DNA of 64,000 nucleotides from Blepharisma stoltei ATCC 30299 (GCA_965603825.1 CBFDEM010000002.1:248001-312000), one strand, 5' to 3'. Shown: positions 1 through 11,825, numbered from the stretch's first letter. The notes: a model not told the origin generated them from the letters alone. Numbers and translations: made by a program.

Positions 1-365
1 TAACAAATCAAATGCTTTGGAGACTGAAAAAGTGCAATAAAATTTCTGATGTTTTTGAAGGGATTATTAATACATTGAATTCGAAATTAAAGGAAACTGA
101 TAAGCCGAGGCCTGTTTATATTGCGTTTAGACTTATGGAAGAAGAAACAAAGAGGCTGTTAATACAGTCAATTGCGAGCTCAATGCTACCTGCTGTATCT
201 GATTTAATTAACTTGTCAAATGAAGCTCTGAATGATAAACGAAATAAGAAGGAAGAGATGCTTAGTTTAGGCTCTGGGAAATCATTTTCGAAGAAAGACT
301 ACAGCAATAAGCAGAGTGAAAGAATTAATGAATCAGATGAGGAATGGGAGGAAGATGGTGAATAA
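1..365 (+). CDS. 5'-truncated hypothetical protein with acidic C-terminus
   Basis: Frame is open from the window edge (TNQMLWRLKK...) to TAA at 363-365, followed by an AT-rich intergenic region. Confidence 0.7.
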   Translation, partial: TNQMLWRLKKCNKISDVFEGIINTLNSKLKETDKPRPVYIAFRLMEEETKRLLIQSIASSMLPAVSDLINLSNEALNDKRNKKEEMLSLGSGKSFSKKDYSNKQSERINESDEEWEEDGE

Positions 366-692
366 TTTATATGAAAAGCTCTAAAATACATGTAATGGTT
401 ATATTATATTAAAATTAATAATTTTAATCAAAAAATTTTGAATTATTGATAACTATAAAAATTTTCTTTAAAATGCTAAGTCTTATGTGAAAGGCGAAAT
501 AAATGCATATTCACCTTAAGTTCTATGCCAATTGCCAATTTATTATATTTAATATTCAGATATAAATAGAAAGGGATCATTTTCAATACCAGTTAAAACC
601 ACAAACTTGAGATTAATCCTAAATCTTCTGCTTAATATTATTTTCTCACTCCTTTTTCAATTTAATAATAATAGTTGCATTTGATGCGCACA

Positions 693-2600
693 ATGAAAGA
701 TATTGATCTTCAGTCAGCAGATAACGATCCTCTCCGAGCTCAAATTTTTCCAATCGATACAGAAAGTATTTCAAATGCTCAATCTTCATCTCTTGATTCC
801 GGACCAGAAGGGTCTCCTCCTACCTCTAACTTCACTTTTCTTTCTGGTGAACGATCAATTCTCTATCACTCCAACCGATCAAGCAATACCAGCTTACAGT
901 GTATAATTGTTATTAACCCACAATGCGTCATACTAGGCCAAATGTGTGTGACGAATTTTAGGGTAAAAATAATTTAGATTATAATTGAGCCCTTAGAGGC
1001 TTCTTGATGTTACGAAAACAAATACCGTATGGAATATTTCGAAATCCCTTTAATGATGATACAAAGACTCGAAAGGCCTTCTGATAAAAACTATTGCATG
1101 CTCGACATCAGCACAAAAGATGGGAGAAATATTAGGATTGGTGTTACTCATCAAGCCCAGCATGAATTTAACCTTTTTACTGTGCTGTATTCGTACACCT
1201 TTCCACAAACGCTTGTCAGTAGGTTCGCTTTTCTGCATAGAGACAATGGACCGGAAGATGGGTGGAAAATTTATAATTTTGTGAATGACTTTGCAAGAAT
1301 TGGGATAAATCCGTCAAAGCCGGAATCTAAGTGAGCGTTTTTGGATAACTCGAACTGGGAATATTGTGAAACTTATCCACAGACTGTTGTAGTGCCGAAA
1401 GAGCTGAGTAGTAATGATATTAAAGCATCCGCGAATTTCAGAAGCAAAAATAGGTTTCCAGCATTAGCGTGGGCAAATTCTAGAAATGGGGCTACACTAT
1501 GACGATGTAGCCAGCCGAAGACTGGGATAAGGACTTCAATTTCAAGGTGCTTAGAAGATGAAGTTTTCTTAAGAATAATTTCAAAAAGCTCTGCCAGAGG
1601 ACAAGGCCTACACATCTTTGATGCTCGGCCATATATGAACGCTCATGCTCAAAGAGCGATAGGTGGAGGTGTCGAAAACACGTCATACTATGAAGCTACA
1701 GAACTGCATTTCTTAGGAATTGATAACATACACATTATAAGGGAAAGTTGGCATGGAGCTTTAAATTCAAACTCAGTTAACCCATTTAAATATTTATCAG
1801 CGTTTGAAAAATCTGGATGATTAGAGCACATTTCTTTGCTTTTGCAAGGCTCAACTGCTATTACAGAAAGCCTTCAAAATGGGACATCAGCCCTTATACA
1901 CTGCAGCGATGGCTGGGATAGGACTTCTCAGCTATGTTCAATAGTTCAGATATTGCAGGATCCTCATTACCGGACCATACGAGGGTTTGCACAGGTCATT
2001 GAAAAAGACTGGGTCAGCTTTGGTCATCAGTTTGATACCAGACTTGGTCATGCCAATCCTAACTCAAACGACGAAAAGCGATCTCCTATTTTTATCCAAT
2101 TTTTAGACTGTATTTATCAGCTTGGCTGCCAGTTTCCCACACATTTTGAATTTAATAATAAATTTCTACACGATTTGGCTGAGTTTGCCCATTCTTGTAG
2201 ATTTGGCACTTTTATGTGTAATAATATGAAGGAAAGAGTAACAGTGAACTTAGAAAGCCGGTCAACTTCAGTTTGGACCTATGTATTCGCACATCTTGAT
2301 ATGTACACCAACCCATATTATCAGCCAGGCCAAGAAGAAACGATAACTCCTTGCTTTTCTCCAAGGAGGCTACAAATATGGCATGAGCTGCTGTCACAGT
2401 GACAGCCTGATTACTATTATCCTGTAGGGCTACTATTGGGCCCTTCAGATCATAAAGAGGCTTTGATGAAGTCTACGTATGAAGGAATGCAAATGTATAA
2501 GGAACTAATCCAGCAAAGAGACAAAGAAATTCAAGAACTTAAAAGTCAATTAGCAAAATTGCAAGGTAAAGAAGCTGAGCACTTACCAGATATAGAATAA
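693..2600 (+). CDS. Myotubularin-related phosphoinositide 3-phosphatase, ~630 aa, catalytic motif intact
   Basis: Joins ORFs 675/1029/1635/1836 via intron 963-977 and TGA=Trp at 1005, 1332, 1500, 1818, 2400. Motifs CETYP, RSKNRFP, RCSQP, HCSDGWDRT, SPIFIQFLDC; C-terminal coiled coil. Alternative ATG at 684. Confidence 0.93.
963..977 (+). other. 15-nt spliceosomal intron
   Basis: GTAAAAATAATTTAG; removes an in-frame TAG and keeps the frame. Confidence 0.9.
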
Positions 2601-2625
2601 ATAAGCTTTAAAATTAACCAAAAAA

Positions 2626-4398
2626 TTATCTGCCCTCTTGCTTTTCTTTTCTTCTGGGTGATTTTGCCCACTTATGATGGTGAATTTTAACGCAGACCTC
2701 ACAGCCGTCTGCTTTTTCTTCAGCAAGCTTATTGAGTCTTTCTAAGCTTTCTCGGCTTTTAGATCTCCGTTTTTTCAGTTTTTCTTGAGAAGATTTAACC
2801 TCTTCATTTTTATACTCTTTATTTGGCATATCTTTATGCAAATCTCTGCTGCGGCTTTTCCCTATAAATTCTGGAGACTTGTTGGTTGACGGGGAATAGA
2901 CCAAATCTTTGCTGATCCATTGGCTATCAAAGCTGCCGTCTAAAAGGTGGGTTTCCAAAACGTCTTGGGGAGTTTCTCTTTGGGCTAAATGATTTCGAGG
3001 ACTCTGCTCATTTTCATGTTTTTTAAAAGGGTTGGAAAAAATTTTTGCTTGGCTATTTTCTTCTTTGGATGATTGTTGCCAAGACTTCGAAGATGATGAG
3101 TAATGGTTAGCCATTTCAGCTAAATCAGGGGTTATACTATAAGATTTTGCCTGAGTCTTTGATTTATAGCTTGTAGATTTAAATGATGATTGAGGTCTGG
3201 AGATTTCTTTTTCTGGTTTTCTTTTCTTTCCTTTGCTCTTTTTTTCCTTCATAGTCTTAGAGTTGTTTAGGCTTTGCTTTTCTTTTGGATCATCTTTGGT
3301 ATCCAATGATTTATTTTTGGAATGAAATTGATTAGCGCTTGAGCTGACTTTGTGGCCAGGTTTATGCCAAATATCATGATTTGGTGCTAATTTATCTGAA
3401 AACTCCCCTTTATCTTCTTTATGACATTTATTTTCAAGCTCTTCTATTTTCTCTTCCAAAAATCTTATATATTTTCAGGAACTATCATGAGACTTTGCCA
3501 TCGTCTCAATCTCCAAACATGTACCTGTTTGAAAATTTCTTACATTTTTTTCATACAGCTCTTGAAGCTCATGATATCTTGCTTTAGTTGATCTTAATTC
3601 CTCATTCAAGCTTTTAATATAATTCCCATTATTACAATATGAGCAATTCTCAGTCGACTGAGTTTGCTCTTGGAAATTTCTGTTTAATTTCTCTTGGCTT
3701 CGTTTAATTTCTTGGATTTCCCTCCTTAAATTTTCATTTTCTTGCTTTAACGCATCTTGCTTTTTTAATAGTTCACTATTATAAAACTCAAGATTTTTCA
3801 CCTTCATCGGCTCCAAGTCAGCTGATTTTTTTCCTTCCAAGATTTTTACCATTGACTTCAATTTTTCATTTTCCACTTCCAACTCTGAGTATTTTAATTT
3901 TTGGCTTTCCAATTCTCTCCTCAATATATCCACATGCTCTAATGTGCTTCTTCTATTTCTGAGCTCATCAATTTCTATTGTTAAATTTCTTAAATTCGCT
4001 CCCATCAGTTTTAATTCTTCTTCAGCTTTCAGCCTTAGCATTCTTTCTTTGTGAAACGCTTCAATATATTTTTCAACGTTATCTTCAATTCGGTTATCTT
4101 TACTATTGCTTTGATTAAGTATCAGAGTTTTTATTCTTTCAATATCAAGAGGTCGAGGTATTATATCAGGTTTATCAAAGAAATGAATCGCCTTAAGCAG
4201 GTCTTCAAAGTTTTTTAATATCCTCGCTTTGGTGTCTGGGGATTTATTCAGCCTACTTATATGCTGCTTCATAATTTCGCACTGCTCCTGATAAAGAGAA
4301 TCCCCTAAAGGGCTATAGCTTGACAGCCCAGAAAGCCTATTTCTCATAGGAGACTCATAAGATTTCATTCGTGATTCCTTGAGAAGCTGCTCTGACAT
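2626..4398 (-). CDS. Coiled-coil, Lys/Ser-rich hypothetical protein, 590 aa
   Basis: ORFs 3475..4398 and 2626..3459 are in one frame, joined through TGA 3475-3477 (HDSS-W-KYIRFLEEK). Confidence 0.8.
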
Positions 4399-4464
4399 TT
4401 AAATTTAAAATGAATTTCCAAGAAATCAGGTTATTTTGCTTATACAAATATCTATTTCAATCTA

Positions 4465-6351
4465 ATGAGAAGGCTCATAGGATCGATTACAAATATGGCA
4501 GCGGCTAACAACGCACAGCTTTACGCCCAATTTCATGGTGCCCTAAAAGGAGCTGAACAAGGCGCAGTCGTGACTCGTTTTCCTCCAGAGCCAAGCGGAT
4601 ATCTACACATTGGCCACATAAAGGCTGCAATGCTGAACTTCCACTACGCCAAAATGTATGGTGGCAGAATGCTTCTGAGATTTGACGACACAAACCCAAG
4701 CAAGGAAAACGACGACTTCGTCCAAAATATCATACAAGACCTGGAGAAGCTTGAAATCTACCCTGACGCAGTTTCTCATACCTCTGATTACTTTGAATTG
4801 ATGCAGGTAAAGATAAGAGAGCTGATTGCTTCTGGCCACGCTTATATGGACAATACAGATGTAGAAGTGATGAGAAAAGAAAGGTTTGATGGGGTTGAGA
4901 GCAAGTGCAGGAACCAAACTGTTGAAGAAAACTTAGCAATTTTTGACGAGTTTGTACTGGGGCATAGACCAGAATACTGTGTAAGAGCGAAAATTGATAT
5001 GCAGTGCCCTAATAAGTGCATGAGAGATCCTGTGTTCTATAGGCAAAATGATATACCTCACTTGAAAACTGGGAGCAAATATAAGGTGTACCCGACTTAT
5101 GACTTCGCTTGCCCAATTGTGGACTCTATTGAAGGAGTAACTCATACTTTGAGGACAAGCGAGTATAATGACAGAAATCCAATGTTTAATTGGGTTATTG
5201 GAAAGCTTAACCTAAGGCCAGTCCATATCCACGATTTCTCTAAGCTAAACCTCGTGAACACTGTTCTTAGCAAGCGAAAACTCCAGAAATTAGTTGACAC
5301 TGGAGTCGTTGAAGGTTGGTTTGACCCAAGATTCCCAACAGTCCAAGGAATTCTCAGAAGAGGCCTCCAAATCAAAACTTTGAAAGAGTTCATGCTAAAG
5401 CAAGGCCACTCTAAAAATACAGTGTTTATGGACTGGTCCGATCTCTGGGCTGACAACAAAAAAGTGATTGATCCTATCGCTCCAAGATATACTGCAATTT
5501 CAGCTGAAACCCCATGTCTTATCAATCTAATAAACGGACCAGCAGAGCCATATGAAGAAGAACACCCAGTTCACGATAAAAATGCTGAGCTCGGCACTAA
5601 AAGAGTTACATACTCAAATAAAGTTTTAATAGAACTGGAAGACGCAAAAGAAATCAACCCTAACGAGAAAATCACTTTAATGAAATGGGGTAACGTCGTC
5701 ATTGACTCAATACAAGAAAACCAAACAGAAACCTTCAGAGGTGTCCCACTAAAATACATCCTTGAAGGCCATCTTGTATTGGACGACAAAGATTTCAAAA
5801 AAACCAAAAAATTGACTTGGCTGTCTGCAATTGACGATAAAATCGCCCCAGCATCTTTGGTAGAGTTTGACGTTTTAATTACAAAGGCTAAGCTAGAAGA
5901 AGATGATGACTTTGATGCACTTATTAACCGTAATTCAAGGTTTGAAACCAAAGCCTTTGCAAGTTTCGATATAAAGAATCTTAGACCTGATGCAGTTATT
6001 CAGTTAGAAAGAAGAGGGTTTTATAGAGTTGATGCTCAGAGAGACTCATCGGTGCTATTTTTCATTCCTGATGGAAGGACTAAGTCAATGAGCGTTCTTG
6101 GAGGAAAAGTTGACCAAAAATTAGCGATGAAAGGAAGTGAGGCTGCACAACCATCAAAAAAACAGCAGCAAAGGCAAGAGAAGAAGGCAAAACAAAAGAA
6201 GGCTGAAGAGTCAAAAGAAGAGAGCAAGCAGGAGAAAGAGCAAATACCAGAAGTAGCAAAGAAGGTGCAAGAGTCTAAAGAAGACCAGAAGCATGAGGAG
6301 AAAGAGCAAGCAGAAGTGGCAAAGCCTCAAGAGGAGAAGAAGCAGGAATAA
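4465..6351 (+). CDS. Glutamyl-tRNA synthetase, eukaryotic cytosolic type
   Basis: TRFPPEPSGYLHIGH (HIGH), LRFDDTNP, YPTYDFACP, VLSKRKL, QLERRG; K/E/Q-rich tail; second ATG at 4495. Confidence 0.95.
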   Translation: MRRLIGSITNMAAANNAQLYAQFHGALKGAEQGAVVTRFPPEPSGYLHIGHIKAAMLNFHYAKMYGGRMLLRFDDTNPSKENDDFVQNIIQDLEKLEIYPDAVSHTSDYFELMQVKIRELIASGHAYMDNTDVEVMRKERFDGVESKCRNQTVEENLAIFDEFVLGHRPEYCVRAKIDMQCPNKCMRDPVFYRQNDIPHLKTGSKYKVYPTYDFACPIVDSIEGVTHTLRTSEYNDRNPMFNWVIGKLNLRPVHIHDFSKLNLVNTVLSKRKLQKLVDTGVVEGWFDPRFPTVQGILRRGLQIKTLKEFMLKQGHSKNTVFMDWSDLWADNKKVIDPIAPRYTAISAETPCLINLINGPAEPYEEEHPVHDKNAELGTKRVTYSNKVLIELEDAKEINPNEKITLMKWGNVVIDSIQENQTETFRGVPLKYILEGHLVLDDKDFKKTKKLTWLSAIDDKIAPASLVEFDVLITKAKLEEDDDFDALINRNSRFETKAFASFDIKNLRPDAVIQLERRGFYRVDAQRDSSVLFFIPDGRTKSMSVLGGKVDQKLAMKGSEAAQPSKKQQQRQEKKAKQKKAEESKEESKQEKEQIPEVAKKVQESKEDQKHEEKEQAEVAKPQEEKKQE

Positions 6352-6620
6352 TAAATCTAAATATCAATGACTTCTAGCACGTCTTTTCTTAATATATTTA
6401 ATATCAATCCATCAAGCCTTCCATAACATTTTTTTTCTAAATTCCGTAATTTCCATTATTTTCCCATAAATAATAAATATTTATATTCTAAAAATTATTC
6501 AATTTAATATCCTCTCAGCCGCCTTATTCACAAACCTTCTTCTCTCTTCATCTTTTTAAGCTGGCTTTAAAACAGTTTTAATCATGATATAGAAATCGCT
6601 TATTATCCGTTTTTATAAAG

Positions 6621-9605
6621 ATGTCGAATTCAGAACCTCAATCGTTCATAGTTACCCCTGAGGAGTTAGGCCAAATGTTTGACCAAGATAACATACGAAA
6701 TGGCAAAAGTCTTGAAAAATTTCAAAATTTACACGGAGTCTCAGGTCTTTGCAAAGGATTGCTCACAAGCCCTACCAAAGGTATAAGTTCCAGCCCACTT
6801 GATCTCAGCCTCCGTGAAAAATTCTACGGGAATAACCACCCTTATGTAAGAAAGCGTACCTCAATTTTAGAATTTATTTTTGACAGCCTTCAGGACACTG
6901 TTTTACAAATCCTCATAGTCGCCGCAATTATTTCCCTCGTAATCGGGATCATTGAAGACCCTACCTCTGGCTGGCTTGAAGGGGCAGCAATTTTGCTTGC
7001 TGTGTTTATTGTTGTGTGCGTAACTGCCACAAATGACTATGTAAAAGAAGGCCAGTTTATCAAGCTGAACGTAGAGACAAATCTTCATAACGTAATCGTA
7101 ACTCGTGATGGGATCGAAAAAGAAATACCTGCAAAGGATATTTTGACAGGTGATCTAATTTATGTTTCGCCTGGAGAGGTCTTTTGTGTAGATGGGATAT
7201 TGATTAGAGGAAATGGGCTGAGCGTAGATGAAAGCTCAATAACTGGAGAAAGCAAGCTGATGAACAAACAAGTGGTAAGGGCTGGTGATACAGACACTGA
7301 CCCATTTTTGATTTCGGGAGCCAAAATAAATCAAGGGAATGGAGTCATGCTAGTATGCGCAGTTGGAAAATATTCAGTGTTAGGGAAAAACAGAAGCATG
7401 ATGAACCAAGTTGAAGAAGAAGCAGAAACTCCTTTGCAGGAAAGGCTTGGAGAAATGGCGACTAATATTGGGAAGATTGGGTTTATTGCTGGGACTTTGC
7501 TGTCACTTGTGCTGATTGCTCATTTGTCGTATGATGCAATCAGACAAGAGCAATGGGGAGCTAGTGAATGGGAAGGCCTTGTGTCATCAATTATCCTCGG
7601 TATCACAATCTTGGTCGTAGCTATCCCAGAAGGTCTTCCTCTCGCTCTTACACTTGCAATGGCCTATTCCATTCTTCGCATGAAGAAAGACAATATCTTT
7701 GTAAGGCACCTAAGAGGCTGTGAAGTAATGGGCGCTTCCACAAACATTTTGTCAGACAAAACTGGCACTCTGACTCAGAATAAAATGACAGTCACCTGTG
7801 CTATGTTTTATAACCAGTTTTTCAGCGACGCTGAATGTGACGAGCTCCCAATCGAATGCAAAAAAATGATAGCCGAGTCAGTCGCCAGAAATACCACAGC
7901 TTTTATTACAACTAGAGACGATGGGAAAAGAGAGCTTGTCGGCGACAGGACTGAATGTGCCTTATTAATGATGACTAGCAAATGGAACTTAGATTATCAC
8001 CTATACAGAGTCCCAGAGCAGCAGAAACTTCAATGGGCTTTTGATTCCAGAAGCAAAAGAATGACTACTGTTTATGAAATTGATAGTGGCGTCAGAGTTT
8101 ATACGAAAGGAGCTGGAGAAGTTATATTGGACCAATGCTGCTATATTGCAACTTCTGCGAATCAGAAAGAAATCCTTACCCCTGAAAAGAAAGCAGAAAT
8201 CAGAGAAGCGATAAGGAACTTTTCAAATGACAGCTTAAGAGTTTTAAGCATCGCTTATAATGCTACAAACTGGTCGTTACTAGGAGCTGACAGCACAGAT
8301 CCAAAAGTTTCTCAAGAAGCTTGTGAAAATGGATTAGTTTTCTTAGGAATTGTAGGGATTGAAGACCCATTAAGACCAGAAGCCAGAAAATCAGTCATAC
8401 AGGTCCAAAACGCAGGTGTCACAGTAAGGATGGTCACAGGCGACTCTATGGAAACTGCAGTTAAGATTGCAAGACAATGTCATATTCTTGATGATGATAT
8501 TTCTGATCAAGAAATCAATGAATATGCTATGGAAGGGGCAGAATTCAGACAAAGAGTTGGAGGATTAAGAACAGTCACTGATGAAGAAGGCAAACTCCTC
8601 AATTTCCAAGTGGGAAATATGGACGCTTTTGTGGTTGTGGCTCAAAAACTCAGAGTTATTGCAAGATGCTCACCTGAAGACAAACTCTTAATGGTTATTG
8701 GCTTAAGAGCAATGGGAGAAGTTGTGGGAGTCACTGGAGATGGCTCAAACGACGCTCCAGCTTTGAAGCAAAGTGATATTGGCCTCGCTATGATGTCAGG
8801 TACTCCACTTGCTAAAGAAAGCGCTGATATCATTTTATTAGACGACAATTTTGACAGTGTTTTGAAATCAGTCAAATGGGGAAGAAATGTATATGCAAGC
8901 ATTAGAAAATTCGTGCAATTCCAGCTTACAGTAAACCTTGTCGCTCTCATTATGAGCATCGTTGGTGCTTTAACTGTTGAAGAGTCTCCATTAACAGCTG
9001 TCCAAATGCTCTGGGTCAACCTAATTATGGACTCAATGGCTGCACTCGCACTGGCAACTGAGCCTCCTACAGACGGTTTACTTTCCTCAAAGCCTTTTGG
9101 CAGAAACAATGAGTCAATAATAACCCCTGACATGTACATAACAGTGGTTTCCCAAGCAATTTATCAAATTGCTGTCCTTATGATCATTTTATTCTTAGGC
9201 CCTATGATCTTCAATATTGAATATGGATGGGGAAATGAGGAGTGGACTGAGGAAAACGGGATGCATTTCACAATATTTTTCCATGTATTCGTCATGATGC
9301 AAGTTTTCAATGAAATTAACTGCAGAAAACTCTCATTAAATGAGTGGAACTTGTTCAAAGGGTTCTTCAACAACTGGATGTTTGTTGGCATTATTGTGTT
9401 TACCATTGCTTTCCAGATGATTCTGGTTCAGTTTGGAGGGCAAACTCTTAAATGCTCAGCGCTGAGCCTGGAATTTCATGCTATTTGTATAGCAATAGGT
9501 GCAGCTTGTTTAATAGTTGCTTTAATTGTGAGAATGATTGTTTGTTTAATTAGAAAGTCGAAGAAAAGAGATGAAGATCTTGAAACTGTGGGATTGCTAG
9601 CTTAG
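6621..9605 (+). CDS. P2B-type (PMCA-like) Ca2+-transporting ATPase
   Basis: DESSITGES, IPEGLPLA, DKTGTLT, KGA, TGD, GDGSNDAPAL, QFQLTVN, WVNLIMD, FNEINCRK; multiple TM segments. Confidence 0.96.
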   Translation: MSNSEPQSFIVTPEELGQMFDQDNIRNGKSLEKFQNLHGVSGLCKGLLTSPTKGISSSPLDLSLREKFYGNNHPYVRKRTSILEFIFDSLQDTVLQILIVAAIISLVIGIIEDPTSGWLEGAAILLAVFIVVCVTATNDYVKEGQFIKLNVETNLHNVIVTRDGIEKEIPAKDILTGDLIYVSPGEVFCVDGILIRGNGLSVDESSITGESKLMNKQVVRAGDTDTDPFLISGAKINQGNGVMLVCAVGKYSVLGKNRSMMNQVEEEAETPLQERLGEMATNIGKIGFIAGTLLSLVLIAHLSYDAIRQEQWGASEWEGLVSSIILGITILVVAIPEGLPLALTLAMAYSILRMKKDNIFVRHLRGCEVMGASTNILSDKTGTLTQNKMTVTCAMFYNQFFSDAECDELPIECKKMIAESVARNTTAFITTRDDGKRELVGDRTECALLMMTSKWNLDYHLYRVPEQQKLQWAFDSRSKRMTTVYEIDSGVRVYTKGAGEVILDQCCYIATSANQKEILTPEKKAEIREAIRNFSNDSLRVLSIAYNATNWSLLGADSTDPKVSQEACENGLVFLGIVGIEDPLRPEARKSVIQVQNAGVTVRMVTGDSMETAVKIARQCHILDDDISDQEINEYAMEGAEFRQRVGGLRTVTDEEGKLLNFQVGNMDAFVVVAQKLRVIARCSPEDKLLMVIGLRAMGEVVGVTGDGSNDAPALKQSDIGLAMMSGTPLAKESADIILLDDNFDSVLKSVKWGRNVYASIRKFVQFQLTVNLVALIMSIVGALTVEESPLTAVQMLWVNLIMDSMAALALATEPPTDGLLSSKPFGRNNESIITPDMYITVVSQAIYQIAVLMIILFLGPMIFNIEYGWGNEEWTEENGMHFTIFFHVFVMMQVFNEINCRKLSLNEWNLFKGFFNNWMFVGIIVFTIAFQMILVQFGGQTLKCSALSLEFHAICIAIGAACLIVALIVRMIVCLIRKSKKRDEDLETVGLLA

Positions 9606-9837
9606 ATAATTAATAACACTTTTTTCTAATAAATAGATTGCGCAATTGAATCACTATTTTAAGGTATGATAGGGAAATTAAAGCTTGGGTACTTTAGAGC
9701 TTTTTCCCAAATGCTCATCAAGAACGCACAAAGTCTTAATTGCTGAATTTTGAAGGAGAATTTAGATTCAACACTTTATTTTACAGTGATAATAAAACCA
9801 AAATCTATTCGTAAAATTTTATTTGTAAATATTGAAT

Positions 9838-10050
9838 TTAATCTTTCTCTTCGAGGCTGATAAGCATCTCAGGCTTTTTTTGTGGAACTCCAAACTTCTT
9901 CCTCATGATGCAAAAGAGAATTATCGCAATTGTTAATAAAATTGCAAATACAAAACCTAAAAATACTCCGAGTTCTGCATTAGTATATGCTTCAGCTCTA
10001 TTTATATATGCTAAAAATAGAATAAGTGTCAATGACTTTAAGCTTGACAT
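9838..10050 (-). CDS. Small (70 aa) protein with signal peptide and one TM helix
   Basis: Hydrophobic N-terminus ending AEA, TM segment LGVFLGFVFAILLTIAIILFCI, basic RKK stop-transfer; AT-rich flanks. Confidence 0.7.
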   Translation of the reverse strand: MSSLKSLTLILFLAYINRAEAYTNAELGVFLGFVFAILLTIAIILFCIMRKKFGVPQKKPEMLISLEEKD

Positions 10051-10705
10051 TTTATAATTATAGGAAATAATGTAAGTAAAATAAATAGAAAATTTATATT
10101 AAAATGTAATTATTAAAACCTAAAATAGTAATTAAGAAATGAATGGATAATTTTTCTATGGTTCATTTAAGGCAAGGAAAGAGAAATTTTTCTGTCTGGA
10201 AAAGAAGATCTAAAATATTGTTATATCTAATTTGAGAAAAGAAATAAGATGCTAATTATTAATTCTTTATAATTTTAGTCTTAGTCAAAACTCTTTTTGC
10301 ATTACTGATCAGCAAACTTGTCTGCTATTAGTTCAATGCATTATCCTAACCCAAATAAATCTATTTGAAATATAATTAATCTTAATCTCCTGATACGATT
10401 GCTAATTTCTGATATATAGGCATTCATATTCAGTAAAAAATTCAGTCAATTTTCCATTTCTATTATTTTATATTACCATAACCAAATAAGTATTAAAAGC
10501 TGCCATAGACAATTAACTAGCCTACAATACAATTTAACATTAAAAATCCCCCAAAATTAAAACGCTCCCCAACTTTCTCGAATTAAATTTTATTTTGCAT
10601 TTTTTATGTTACATCTGAAATTCCCTATTTAAAAAACGGACTTCCAGAAACTGTCATGGTTCTTAATTTTTTGAAATTCCATATTGGTTTATAATCTTTT
10701 TATAT

Positions 10706-11734
10706 ATGGGTAATATTTGTGGCCATTCCATAGAAAAAACCTCTCGTCCAAAATCCTCTTCTTATTTAAAATACGTTGAAAATCCAATCGTCCATGACTT
10801 CAGGATCCTTAGACCCTTAGGTCAAGGAGGATTCGGGAAAGTGTTCCTGGTCGAGCAACGCAGCACTAAACAGACCTACGCATTAAAATGCATAGAAAAA
10901 CTTATGCTTAAACAAAAACATTGTCAAAATAAAGCTGTGATGGAGCGAAACATCCTCCGCGATGTGGAGAGTCCATTCATAGTAAACCTTCACTATTCAT
11001 TTCAAACAGCTTCCAAGCTCTGTTTGGTCATGGACTACATGGAGGGAGGGACTCTATTTTCGCTTTTGCAAAAGCAGAGAAAAATTAGTGAAGACCAAGC
11101 CCGATATTTTGCTGCACAAATTGTCCTTGGGCTAGAAGCCCTCCATGACCATGATATCGTGCATAGAGACATCAAGCCTGAAAACATTCTTTTAGATGAG
11201 CACGGACACGTTAAATTGACTGATTTTAATGTGTCGGATAAAGCAAGCTCCAATTCAAGCTCATACTCAGGGACAATAGAATATATACCCCCTGAAGTAA
11301 TTAATCACGATATACATAACAAACAAGTTGATTATTGGGGGTTAGGAGTTGTTTTGTATGAAATGCTTATGGGGTTGCCGCCTTTTGTAGCCCTGAATAA
11401 GAAACTGCTTGTCGAGAAAATTCTGACAGAGGAACCAAGGTTTGGTTCAAGTGTGTCTGAAGACGCAAAAGATCTGATTTTGCGATTACTGAAAAAAGAC
11501 CCAAAGGAGAGACCAAGCCAAATTTCTGAAATAAAATCACACAAATTTTTCAGCGGTTTGGATTGGGATCATTTGTTGGAAAAAAGCTGGGAGGTCCCAA
11601 CTAATTCTAAGGATTTAGTGAGGACGGCTTATATCAGCGAAATTTCGAACGATGAAGATGAAGTTGATGATCCGGAATTCGATTACGATGACTTTGACTA
11701 TTGCCGAACACAAGAGGTCCTTAAGGGCCTCTAA
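10706..11734 (+). CDS. AGC-group Ser/Thr kinase with MGNIC acylation signal and DFN variant
   Basis: GQGGFG, YALK, HRDIKPEN, TDFN, GTIEYIPPE, DYWGLG. Confidence 0.93.
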   Translation: MGNICGHSIEKTSRPKSSSYLKYVENPIVHDFRILRPLGQGGFGKVFLVEQRSTKQTYALKCIEKLMLKQKHCQNKAVMERNILRDVESPFIVNLHYSFQTASKLCLVMDYMEGGTLFSLLQKQRKISEDQARYFAAQIVLGLEALHDHDIVHRDIKPENILLDEHGHVKLTDFNVSDKASSNSSSYSGTIEYIPPEVINHDIHNKQVDYWGLGVVLYEMLMGLPPFVALNKKLLVEKILTEEPRFGSSVSEDAKDLILRLLKKDPKERPSQISEIKSHKFFSGLDWDHLLEKSWEVPTNSKDLVRTAYISEISNDEDEVDDPEFDYDDFDYCRTQEVLKGL

Positions 11735-11825
11735 ACGCCTTATATATAGTAATTTAACCGATAACTCACTAATTTTGGCTTAATTAATTAATATTTTTTA
11801 AATCCTAGGCTCTGAAATATATTTA

